This document shows, piece after piece, positions 25,516 through 37,370 of a DNA stretch of 64,000 nt. Each line of letters starts with the position of its first letter. The first letter of the stretch is position 1. The DNA lies in the NCBI GenBank assembly GCA_965153285.1, contig OZ229116.1; one strand, given 5' to 3'. The position numbers and the translations under genes were made by a program. A model generated the notes under the pieces. That model was not told the origin of the DNA and ran no database searches. It saw only the letters and a program-made list of their open reading frames with translations. Origin of the DNA: Podarcis tiliguerta (taxonomy: Eukaryota).

Positions 25516-27383
25516 TTTGCCTTATATTTTGCTGGCTAGGCAGAGTGAATTAGGGAGAAATTTCTGCTTCTGACTGTTTGTCTCCTTTTCTGACATACTT
25601 GAAGTAATAATGTGCATTAATAATAGGGTGTATGCACAAGGAAAAGGTAAGAATTCAAAAGCAGACAGTCTGATTCAATTCTACAAGGTGCTATCCTTGT
25701 TTTTTTACCCTCTTGCAAAAACAATTTCTGTTGAAAAATATGCACAGTGCTGAATATTATTAATGCTAATAATGATCCAATGTGTACTGTAGTTGGAACA
25801 AAATGAATGGTACACATAGAACAGCAATCAGAAAACAACTTTAATGCAATGAGACAATATTGCATACTTCTATGCTACAAATGCACACACATCCTCTAAT
25901 TAAATAAAGGCAGGCCCATCAGCACTTGATCCAGCCCCTCCTTACGTGGGCCGAATGATTACAAATTAGAGACCGTTATTGCCCCTGCTGGTTTACAGCC
26001 CGGCAGAAATTGCAGACCCTGGGGAGATGAGGTTAGCAATGTTGGAAAGAGAAAATAGAAATTTGCAGGAGCCTATCAGTCGCCATGGTAAGTAGCTAAG
26101 TCCCAGTTTCTTTTTCCCCTGGCAAAGAGAAGCTCAGCCCTTAAGCTCCAGCACATCTGAAGGTGTTGAGTAAAGAACACTTTGAAAAGCTGTGCAGTTG
26201 TTCAGATCACAAGTCAACCATGAAAAAAGGAATAATTGCAAGTTTTACAAACAGAAGCAGCGTGCACATGCAAAATTCCCGTTTAGTCGCAACTCATTGG
26301 CCATGTTTGAAAGTAAGGCTAAACCATGGTTTGCTTGTATGCCCAAACTTGCTGTCCTGAGCCACAGGCCTGAACCGAAGGCCTGTGTGAGTGGTCTGAT
26401 GCAGGGATACCAAAGAAGGATGCCAAAAATGTCAGAGGATCGGTTCCAGTGCTTTGTTAGAAGAAAATTTAAACTTACAAATGCCTTATAAAGCCTTGCA
26501 GCCTTGACTTGAGTGAACACCAAAACAGCACGTGTTTGTCATGATTGTCTGCACCGAGGCAATTATATGCATTACTTATACAGAAAACATCATACATCAG
26601 TCTGCCCAGAATCTCCCATATCAGTCCACCTAGGACTAATCGACACTGGTGAGTTACAACGTTAAAAATGCGTTGTAAAAATGTAACCAGGGGGCAGTGT
26701 AGAGCAGCATACTTTCACCAATGGGAAATTGCATTGGGAGCTATATATTTTTATAGCGTATATAGTGTTTTAAATAGTGTTTTCCAGATCAATGTAGATC
26801 CAGCCCTAGTTGATGAAAGAATAGGTGGTTGGAATCCAAGTCTTATGGATAGCTCCCTTCCCTAGGCTAATAGCCAAGCATCCCAATCCAACAAATAATA
26901 ACAACAAAACAAATTAATAAGCATACATCAAAGCAAGGGGATAAACATATGTGAACGCATTCTTGCATCAAATAACAATTGGTCCTGGGATTATCTTGAC
27001 TACCAAAATGACGTTTACAAGTCTTCCGGAGCATTTTCACCATTTGTTTTGTTTGTGGCCCGCAAATCCTATCTATGGTTTGAAGCTGATTTGTGAATCT
27101 TGGTTTAGTTATGGTTTGCCATTATGACTGAACCCTCTATCCTGACATTATGCTAGTTTGTTTCAGCAGTTCAGCCCAACTGACTACAGAGACACGGGAT
27201 ACAAGCAGTGAGAAAATGAAACTATTCACATGGCTAAGCAATTCTTATTTGGTGCTTTTCCAGATCTTGCCCTTCCTTCTCCTTCTTGCCTTCCAATAGG
27301 CTCTTTTCTCCACCAACCTCCTTCCTGGCAAACTGTCCCTGCTCTGGTATCTCAGACACAAAGGGCCAAATTTTGGATCAAGG

Positions 27384-27866
27384 TGTCAAGGACTAGGCAG
27401 AGCAGGAATGGTGGAGTCCACTTCCCTATCCTGAGCTTTCCAGGGGGGAGGAAGAGGAAGACAGTATAGATTTACAACAGGGGTTTGAGGGAGGTAGCAG
27501 CTCAGAGGCAGATGAGGGGGAAAGCTGGGAAATCATGGGAGAGCCAGAGCAACACCTGACTGACACATTGTCATTAGAAAGCATTCCAGACCCTCTGGAA
27601 GCCGCACCTCCCAGAACCTGGCGAGCCTGAAAAGTAGGAGAGCAAAGAGCAGAGGCACATAGCAGCACCCGTAGAATTGACTAATGAGGAAGTAAAAGAG
27701 ACGGGGGGGGGGTGGAGAGTCACTCAGGACAACACCATTATCCAAGAGTCTGGGTTCTATAGCCTCTCTCAGTAAAGACTGAAATAAAAAAGGGTGGTAA
27801 GAAACTTTTCTTTGTCTTTATACTGTCCTGGGCAACGGGCTAGGAGCCGCTGACAGCATCCTGACG
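27384..27866 (+). mobile_element. Solo LTR (483 bp, probably Gypsy-type) with 5-bp TSD
   Basis: Starts TGTCAAG, ends CCTGACG (decayed TGACA), CAAGG on both sides (27379-27383, 27867-27871), AATAAA at 27783, purine-rich U3. Confidence 0.8.
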
Positions 27867-30149
27867 CAAGGTCTTTGTTGGCTTATAGATCAGCCGGGTG
27901 GTGCAAAAGGAACTCTAGAAGATGTTCCACAGTTAGGCAGCATTTAAGTAGCTTCCCATGGAAATGGGCCTGAAGGGGATTCAGTCATTCAACTCAGCAG
28001 TGAGAAAATGAACACTTTTTTTGAAAAAAGAATGAATGAACACTGTAGTAAAACAGTCAACCATGTTGTTCTGTTATAAACTAGACACCATCCACCTGGA
28101 AAAAGAGAGGCATTGGCAGAGGACTTGGTGGCCCAGATCCAGACAAGCATCAGTGTCCAAGACACATGGTTCTGACACCCGTTAGGCAGACCTCCTCACC
28201 TGCACTTGGAATATTTGGACACAGAGCTTTGCTAGCAAGGCCATCTTTAACACCGATGCTTATACTGCGGCCATCCTTGGCAGCTCCCCAAGCCAATCTG
28301 CCCCTGTGATGTCCCCTACAGAAGCAGCCTCACCTTCTCCAGGAGAGATTCGCATTCTCTGAGACCACAGGGTCTCCTCCACTCATAGCTGTATAGTTGC
28401 GTTCAAAGCCCAATGGGAGCGTGACAATACAAACTGGCCAAATGTGCCAGTAGGCATGCAACCAGCCAACTCACCTGAGGAGTGCTTAGGTGAATTACAG
28501 AACCTGGGGCTCTGTATAAAGAGAATAAGCACATCCCCTTAGTGTACAGCTGGGGACCAGGTTACTAATTTACAGGTCAGAGGTTCTGAAGTAGAAATGA
28601 GATAAGAGCTACCTGGGCATGCTGGCATGTGGAGACTGGCCAAAATCCTTAAGGAGGAGAGTGTACAGGTTCCCTTGCCCATTTCTGTAACCAGATTATG
28701 AGAAGGGAACTGGTCGCTTGGTGAATCCATGGAAGTCTTTGACAACTGCAATGGTTATTTGGGATAAAAGTTTGATATTCATGGGGGCTGGGGTGGACAA
28801 ACAGACATTCGAACCAATTGTGGATTTTTTTTGCTTGTGTGATAAGAACCTTAGTCCTTTTTTAAAAAACAAAAGTTGTTTTAAATTTTTTCATGATATA
28901 ATAAAAAGAATGAACTGAATTACAAAGAATTAGAATAAGAGAGAAACTAGAAGAAAAGAGAGAGAAAATTACACAATCCTCCCTCACTGCTATATCTTAA
29001 CTTTTATCCCATATAGAAAAAGGTGAGCCTGCCCAGCTCTCACCTGGGAGTATCCCTCTCTTCTCATAGCATCTCACCCTGTAAGATCCCCCCCTTCCCC
29101 CCTTCTCATACAGGGTCCTTCAAACTATCCTTCAATTTGAAAAAGAATATCAGGAAGTATGTGTGAAGTCCTATTTTCAGCAAACTATTCACACCAACAC
29201 CTCAGACAACTTGTAAACTTTACTATAATTCAGAGCCTTTCCAAGTCTTGGTGTTTTTTTTAATGAATTGTCGAACCAGAGAATCCACCATCTCAGATTT
29301 ATCCATTCAGCTTTAAATATTCTAATCATGTGGTTTCCTAGACATACTGAGATGTGTCAGCAGGTTGTCAGATATAACCCCAAAATATAGGAAAACTGAG
29401 TTGGTTACTGGAGCATGGCTCCTTAAAGCTGTGTTTTAGCTTCTTGTTAGGCTTTAAATGCTGATAGTGAGAGTGATGAAGCAATGTCTACTGCCCAAGT
29501 TTTGGTGACTAAGAATCAACTATAAATTCCCAGTACAGCACTCTTCAACTCAGTCGGTTTGTATGAAGCAACACAATGCAGCCCATTAGTTCTGTTGCCG
29601 GCAGCATGGAGAAATGAAGAAAAAATAAGCATGTCATCAACCAATCTTTTGAGAGTCTCATGGCCTCTGTCCCCTGAAAGACTGAAAACCTCTTTTTTAA
29701 ACTGACATCAAGAAGCACTTAGAGATCTCTGATAACGAAGGTTTGTTTTTCTCAGACTTCTCTCCCTAGACTCAGACCTTGAGACAAGACCATCTGCCCA
29801 GGATATCATTGGGGCCTGAATCCCCTAGATTTCAGAGTCTGTGGGAAAAACTCCCTGGGGAGGATGCTCTGAACCCAGAGAAGATAGCTCAGAGCTTCTC
29901 GAGTGTGAATCAAGACAGCCATCACTCCAGGACAATTAATTTCCAGGGGGAAGGGCACATTCCAATCCCAGTCAATGGTGGCAAAGTGTGAAACTTCAAG
30001 CAACGGTATGTCCCTCAAATTCCTCGAGAGTTTGTTTTAGAAGTGGGATTCCTGCACTTATTGAGCACAGTTGGGAGATATGAAGTCTCAGACTCTTAAA
30101 TCTAGACCCTGACAGATCAACACCAGCCTTCACTGAAGCTCTCTCAAGT

Positions 30150-30550
30150 TCTGCAGAACCTCAGTTTGTCCTGCTATTTTCTGCATGATGTCTATAAGAA
30201 GTCTCTGGGAGAGATCAGCCAGATTTGGACCAAGGTGTCATCAACATGCAGATGACATTACTCAACTTCTCCAACGACTGATACACAGTGATGGCCTGGG
30301 TGAGGGCCACAAAGTTGAAGCTGAATGGTGACAAGACAGAAGTCGTGCAGGTTGGTGGTTCCTAGGGAATAAGGTAAACAGCCTTTTCTGGAGGGCAATG
30401 CACCGGTTTGCAATCTTGGGATCCTGCTGCATGTCCCAAGTGGCCTCAGCAGCAAAGAGTACCTTTTTCCAACTCTGGTTGGCTTTCCAGCAACAGCCAT
30501 TCCAGGATAGGGATAACCTTGCCACTAAAATTCATACTCTGGCAACCTCA
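30150..30550 (+). mobile_element. L2-clade LINE RT fragment
   Basis: Remnant peptides CHQHADD (YADD box), WVRATKLKLNGDKTEV and QVASAAKSTFFQL..QPFQDRDNLATKIHTLATS. Confidence 0.8.
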
Positions 30551-31252
30551 CTACTACTATTACTATTACTACTACTACTACTACTACTATATTTATTTAC
30601 ACCCCATTTTCCCCCGTGACAGGATGAAAGGCAGCTTACAAATGAAAACAAGAATTGTTAAAAAAAGATAGAAAAGTCAATCACTGAAATACAATTGAAC
30701 ATAGATAGAAGTAAAACTATATACATAGATAAAATCTGTTCAAAACATATCAGTAACTACAATAAAAGCAGCACAGCACCAACCCTTCAATTAAAAGCAG
30801 TCAATTCCCCAAAGCCCATTGGAACAAGGAAGTCATCACCTGTCAGTGGAAGGATAACAAGGAGGAAACTAGCCTAGCTTCTCTAGGGAAGGAGTTCCAG
30901 AGTCTGGAAGCAGTCACCAAAAAGTCCCTCTCCCAGGCTCTACCAAATGTACCTGTGAGAGTGGTGGGACCAAGGAGAAAGACCTCTCCCAATGATACCA
31001 AAACCTGGGCAGGTTTGTATGAGGGAATACAGTATTTCAGATAGCTTGGAACTAAGCTATGTAGGTTTTCAGAGGTGATAACTAGCACTTTCAATTGTGC
31101 CCAGAAACAGACTGGTAGCTGTTCTAGCAAGGGAGTCGTATGTTCTCTATAATCAGCCCCAGTCAACAATCTGGCTGCAGCTCTTTGACCACTTTTCAAA
31201 GGCAACCCCACGCAGAGCACATGACAGTAATCCAAACGGGGTGTAACTAAAA
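30551..31252 (-). mobile_element. L2-clade LINE 3' end with a trinucleotide microsatellite tail
   Basis: ORF 30843-31274(-) reads LVTPRLDYCHVLCVGLPLK..AAARLLTG..EHTTPLL..LKVLVIT..RLWNSFP; (CTA/TTA)n at 30551-30590. Confidence 0.85.
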
Positions 31253-32397
31253 AAGATAGCAGGGATTTGCACATGACTCATCCATGCATTCAGGAATGGT
31301 TGAGAAGAAGGTTGCATTTGCTAGGCATGTCCATCAATGATGTGCTGACTGGTTCTGCCCACCTATGGTCATATGTTTAGCAGTAGTGTGGAAGGAAGTC
31401 TAGCAGCATTTACATGAAAGTATGATGATGTGGGCTCCTCCATATAAGTTAAAATCCTGATTGGCTAGTGTTTCTGCTTGTGTGGAGAAGTCCTGTGTAT
31501 GATAGATGTGCATTCATAGCTGTCTTTCATATGATCACAAAGTGGCTCTCAGGAGTGTGTCCATAGGATGGACCTGCTTTGCTTGTTGAGTGGGTGAGGA
31601 GTCTTGTATAAGGCTACTTCTGCTCAAGCTATGAATAATGGACCTATGGTTTAAAAAACAAACTTGTAGTTATCTCGAGAAACATTTTGTTGATGGGTTG
31701 TATTCAACATTGTGTGATAGGATTCCCCCTCAAGCAATGGGACTTCCCCTTCCTCTCCCATCCCTTCCACCCCCTGCATCCCCCCTTATGGGGCCCCTAA
31801 CCCCTTTGAGCCAATTGGGTGCAAAGGAGGCCACAGGAGCAAAGGGAGGGAGAAGAAGAACTGTTGATGAGTGGAGATCAGTTCCGCTTATACAACAGCA
31901 GTGTCAGATGCTATCCACAGTGCATAAGGATTGGCTTTACCCACCATCCAAGGAAGCATTCCCTGTGTGTCTGCTGTGTCTCTGCATCAGGAGGAGACCC
32001 ATCACACCTAATATAGAAACTCCCTAGTGGAGACTGGGAGAGGGGAGGCAAATTGAGAGCAGGAACTCGTGCTGCGATAAAGTGGGCAGACTATCTGTGG
32101 GTGAATGCCACAGAGTTCACAGGAGCCTTTTATTATCTGTTTAAGTTAGTGCTGGAGGAGTGGGCTAAAATGGCACCCTGGAGAGTGGACTAATCTTGGA
32201 GATGGGTGAATTCTCAGAACATTCAGGTGTGAGTGGGCTCACAATCGATGAGGCACTCAGGGGTCCATGTTTCTCTCTTTCTGTCTTTTTAAAAAGAAAA
32301 CAAAGTTTTGCTGTCATTTTAATATAGTCTGCCCTCAGCAGTTTGGTGGCATTCCCTTCTAATTTGGAACTGACTGCCCCTGCAACAGTGATACATC

Positions 32398-32625
32398 ACC
32401 TATTTATTTCATAAAGTTTATACACCACTTGATTGTATAAAAACCCTCAAAACAGTTTACAGAAAGCTAAAACAATAAAATCAAGGAAAGAAATCACAAT
32501 CATACAAAAGTTAAAATACTAAGTTTAAAATTACCCCAACTTTCTAAGCATCATGGTAGGCTTCTCAAAACAATAATGTTTTAAGCAGGTACCGAAAAGA
32601 GCACAATGCAGGTCTTTACTGGTCG
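32398..32625 (-). mobile_element. Degenerate L2-type 3' terminus
   Basis: ATTTATTT..TATACACCACTT start and A-rich tract, like the other minus-strand L2 ends in the window. Confidence 0.45.
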
Positions 32626-35600
32626 TGATGTCATATTATGCTCTTGGGTGCAGTCTGCTTAATTGGAGACATGTGGTAGTTTGTGGGCAGCAGCCAGGAC
32701 ACTGACACAGAGGAGGAAAAGTCAGGGCCAGGAAGACTGGTGGCAAAACTGGTGGAGATTCTGAGCAGAAGCCCAGCACTGAGAGAGCCTGTCAACGAAG
32801 AGATAGAGAGACCAGAACTCCCTGAGACCATACTTCTTCATGTGCTCCCCAGGCCTGATCCCCTCTACACAAGCCTCACATTCTGCAGTACAAACTTGAG
32901 TTGGAATTTGATGGATAGGTGCTGAAGTGCTAGGCTATAGGCTGGAAGCCTGTTTAAGAGTCTTCACTCTTAAGAAGGAAGTTGGGCCTGGAGGGATAGT
33001 CTGGTCTAAGAGGGATGAAAGGCTTCAGCTCAGTCACAGACCTTATTGGAGCTAGCTGTCTGTTAGGAGCTATCCAAGGTCCTGAAAATCCAGCCTGATC
33101 CTACATGCTATCTGATTGAGCCACCTTCAGGAATCTGTTGTGGCCCCATGTGTTTAGGTCAGCACAAGAGACCAGCTTTTGGGTGCAGATTGTGCATAAA
33201 CTAAATAATGAGGGCTGGCTTCCAGTTAAAGAAAACAGAAGTATCCTATTTGCTTTTGTCTATTGTTTACGTGCTACCCTTCTATCATATTAGATTTCTG
33301 AGCAGTGTGCATGATAAAAACCAATGCAATCAATTAATGCAATCAAATCTGCCTAAATAAATCTCTGAGGTAAAAACAACAACCACACAAATGTGTTCTA
33401 GAATACCATGCAAGCATTGCCATGGCAGGCATCCTCTTAAAGGAGACATTGCCCCGTTCTCTCTTTCTCTCACACACATCAATGGCCTTTAAGATGCTAT
33501 TTGCCTGCGGTCCATAGGAGGGAATGTCAGAGGCCATAGCACAGAATGGTCCTAACTCTCTGATCTCAGTGGCAGAGCTCCAGTGGCATGCAGGGAAATC
33601 AACACTGTAACCTACCTCCCCACCCCCTGACTCCTCTGACTTAACCAATGTAAGCTCTTAAAATTGGTAGGGCCAAAAGGGAAGTGGCTTGGAGCCAATA
33701 TCTTCCTGGTCCCCTGACGTACTTTCAAATTTCAGAGAAGTTAAGTCATGCTAAATCTCTTCTCCCCATTTCCACCCAATTGCTTTCAATGGGAGGAAAA
33801 AAAACATAGGAATGCAGGGCATTCCTCTGCTACCCTGGTAGCTTAAGCTCAGTAGAGAGTTGGATAAGGTGGTATAACTGCCTTCATATTTCCCTCATAG
33901 ACACACACTCAGCATTCATTAAGCAAGTGCCAAAAACAATTCAGAGGAGGCACCTGCCTGATATCCATGGGAAAGAAGTTCCAGAGTGTAAGTCCTGCCA
34001 CACTGAAGAATCAACTCATGGAAAGTGCAGAACAAATATGTAGCATTTCTAAAAGTGTTGGTTCTGCAGCCTGAAGTGGTCAAGTGGGCATATAGTGATT
34101 CCTGGCTTCACCAGTGGCAGAGAGGGTGGTCCACAACATCTGACAGCCCCTCAGCTACCCTGAGCACAGGATTGGGCCAAGAATACTGCAGCCCAAAATA
34201 AATCCTATAAAAGAATGGCAAATGCCACTTTATAACATAGACGCAAGAAGAAAAATATGTTAGAACTGTACTTGGTGAGTACAAAGTAGCCTTTGAGTAC
34301 TTGAGTGAGTTTTAGTTATCTGCCACAATGTTATAGCTGAACCATCACAATCATTGTGCCATAGGGAACAGTGATCAAGGCAGAGTGAAAGCACATAATC
34401 CTCTCCTGTTGTTTAAAATGTTTCTTAAATCAATATGGAAGAGATTGCCAGCGTTACCATCTCACTGTAATAAACCTCATAGAGTTTCATTCGCATCTGC
34501 GTTGTCACCTGTCAGCATTCACTAGTACAGATTTACCCAAATCTTCTGTGTCCTCCTTTCTCTATAGGTTTTGCCAGTCCAAAAAAAAAAAAAAAAAAAA
34601 AACTTCATAGTCATATTTGGCTGGGTTAAAAAAATAACCAAATCTCTATGCATAGTTAAAGAATATTTATATTTATTAATACAACCAAATAACCACTCTT
34701 CTGACCACAAAGAGTCCTGCAGATCGGATGATCTAGTACAGAATCCTCTACGTGCCACATATTTCTAATAGCTTTTTATTATTATGTCAAGGTATCTTTC
34801 TTGGATAGTCCCTGCCAATCTATACCCAATAAGTGCAGTTAGGCTCCCGCACCCCACAATGTGCATACATAACTTTACCCTGATTTAAGCTCAAGCTAAT
34901 TTACCACTTTGGAGGGATAATTTTGAAGTGTGCACAGCTTCCTCCTGCAGGTTTTTAAATGCCAGAATAATGTGGTATCACCCACAAAGTTGACCTTACT
35001 ATTCATTTACCTGGCCTGTTAGAAAGTTGGAGAACATGGTTTCTATATTCCTTCGGGAAAAGATTCTACTCCCCACTAAGTGAGAGACAAGGGGGAGTGC
35101 ATAGTATGGGTCCTTTATTTGAGGTGTGTGTACTGTTGTTTGATTCTTTGTCAGTATTTGTCCAGGTGTGTCTGGGTCTCATGGCATAGACATGTGGGTG
35201 GGTTGTTGAGCGAGGATAAGAAACTGAGCACTGGACAGTGTTATTTGACATTTTGTTTGAATTGTAAGTTTGAGTATGTTGGCTTAAAGTGCTTATATGT
35301 TTGAATGATGAAGGGTGGTATAAAAATTTAATAAAAACGATTGTCTTGATCATGAAAATGTTGATCATGTAAAGGTGTGCTTGAGTGGAACTGAATGGAA
35401 TGCACTTTTAGCTGTGTGGGATTGTTGCATTTGTTGTTGTAGAGGGGGCTGGGAATTTAATTGGATTGGTTTGTTTGTTTATTTGTATGATTGATCTGGC
35501 AAATGGTGGTTGGAAAGAGTTGATTTTTCTATTGCCTAGTTATCAATCACGTTATTAATAAATGTGGAATTCATCATTTTTAATTGATTTTTCCTGTGTA

Positions 35601-36259
35601 AAAATATATTTCCTGACGTTTAGAACATATTTTCTTTAGCTGCTTACTATGCCGGACAAAGTGAATTTTCCTTGTTATCTTTGTAGCAGATTTTTTATGT
35701 GTAATGTGTAATGTTTATTCTGGTGCTAAAGAGAATGTTCTATTTAGTGGGTTACTTTTTTAAAAATGTCAATGGGTGTATTTTGTATTTGTCTTTTAAG
35801 ATGTTTTAACCTATGTTATAAAACTCTTAGAAATTTGTTTTTAAAAAAGCGGTATATAAATTGACTGAAAGAATAAGTAAATCTAGGAAGCAGTGACTGG
35901 AGGTGGCAGACCATGAGTAGAAAGTTGTAAAGAAAAGACTTGTAGATGTTGCATTTGATGACACCCCAATTCCTAGGACAGCAAGCCCTGAGCAAGTGGC
36001 CAGCTGCAAACAACAACAAAAAAACCCCTCCATACCACTCCATACCTTTCCATACCACTCCATACCTTTCTCTCCTTGTCTCCTTGAGAGACAAGTTTTT
36101 CATTTTATTTTCAAAAGTGGCAACCCTGAGCTGGTGCTATCCTTACTGTCTTATTTCTTTCTTCCAATCATAGGGCATATGCAATGTCAGACTGAATTTT
36201 TCTATCAAATTACACCTTTGACCATGCAGCTTATCAATTTCTCTACTATTTTATGATTT

Positions 36260-36681
36260 ATTAATTTATATGATGCTTTTTCTATAGAATTTCAATGTGG
36301 TTTTAGAATATTAAAACAAGGAAAAGAACAACGAGAACATACAAAACAGCCAGCAGATAAACTCACAAGTAAAAGTCAGGGAGTTTGAAATATATGGAAT
36401 ACAGCAACGTGGGTTTTGTTTTTATTTATTTTTTAAATGCCTGAGTAAGCAAAAAGGCTTCCGCCTGGTGCCCAAAAGGTAGAAAAGATCACATGACATA
36501 TCTGAGTGTTCCTGCCATGGAAGGTTTCTTTGCCACTGAAACAAACCCACATCTCTGACAAAGGGGAATTCTGGAGAAGGGCTGAGGTTCTTTGTGTAAA
36601 GGTAGGTTGGAATGGGAGCAGGTGCTTCTTTCAAATACTTGGGTCCCAAGCCATTTACGGTTTTGAAAGGAAGAACCAGAA
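36260..36681 (-). mobile_element. Degenerate L2 LINE 3' fragment
   Basis: Minus-strand peptide VLPFKTVNGLGPKYLKE matches the L2 ORF2 C-terminal motif seen in the copy at 4363-4956. Confidence 0.7.
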
Positions 36682-36682
36682 A

Positions 36683-36921
36683 CGGGCGTAGGAGGGGGGT
36701 GAGGGGTGACAAAATGGCACACTGCAGGGGGCAGCACTTACTGCGGGGCGGAGCCTGCAGCGCACCCGAGCCATGCGTCTCTCCTAGGAATGAGGCGGTG
36801 GCTCGGGGCCCTGCACTGCCCAAAACAGCAGTGTGGGGCTTGCGCCTGCCAGGTGGACTCCCCTGCACAAATCAACCCACACCCACAGTTCTGGGTGCTG
36901 GAGCAGCTAGCTACGCCCCTG
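36683..36921. mobile_element. GC-rich non-autonomous DNA transposon (MITE)
   Basis: Inverted termini GGGCGTAG / CTACGCCCCTG around a CpG-rich 240-bp block. Confidence 0.55.
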
Positions 36922-36929
36922 AGCAGAAA

Positions 36930-37292
36930 TGGAATGGAAGAGAAGAGAAATTCATTTGGTTCCTATTTGAATAAAAGCCTTGCTAACTTGCAGTTCTCAA
37001 CCCAGTATGGAAATTCAAATGCAGTTCCCATTTGAAATTTGCACATCTCCAAACATTGCAGTATACCTCCAAATGAATGCACACCCCCCAAAAAATCAGT
37101 ATATTAGGCAAAATTGCATACAAAAGAGGCGTACATTAGAATAGTGCGCAAGAAAGGCTATTGAGTTTTCATGCACACTTTAAAAATAAAAATTGAAAAC
37201 TGATGCAGAAATGGAGCAAAGCGATTTGAAGATTGGGGAAATAAGAAGCTCTAAAACACACACACACACCAACCCCAAAATGGTCCCATTCC
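36930..37292. mobile_element. AT-rich interspersed repeat (probable DNA-transposon derivative); related copy at about 52820-53280
   Basis: Shared TTGAAATTT(G/T)CAC.TCTC..AA..TTGCA.TA and AAT(T/A)GCATACAAAA blocks. Confidence 0.55.
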
Positions 37293-37324
37293 TCCACTCC
37301 TACCATTAATTAACTGGCCTTTTA

Positions 37325-37370
37325 AAACAAAACAAAACAAACAAACAAACAAACAAACAAACAAACAAAA
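37325..37370. repeat. (AAAAC)/(AAAC)n microsatellite
   Basis: Directly visible. Confidence 0.9.

Larger units (their letters stand above)
17500..26100. promoter_or_regulatory. Repeat-poor block, candidate cluster of conserved non-coding enhancers
   Basis: About 8.5 kb with almost no recognisable transposons, AT-rich, dense in TAAT/ATTA, TGACAR and CTTTG motifs, no credible ORF. Conservation itself cannot be seen in one sequence. Confidence 0.5.

Noticed and set aside
28030-30100. Possible decayed retroelement sequence
   Set aside because: No diagnostic peptide motif or terminus was readable by eye
31711-33260. Two purine-rich, LTR-like stretches (about 31711-32387 and 32628-33260)
   Set aside because: Composition resembles the solo LTR at 27384, but no convincing TG..CA ends with a TSD could be fixed
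36029-36070. Short tandem duplications (here and at about 51522-51562 and 61823-61872)
   Set aside because: Two-copy local slippage duplications without spacers; not CRISPR-like and common in vertebrate DNA
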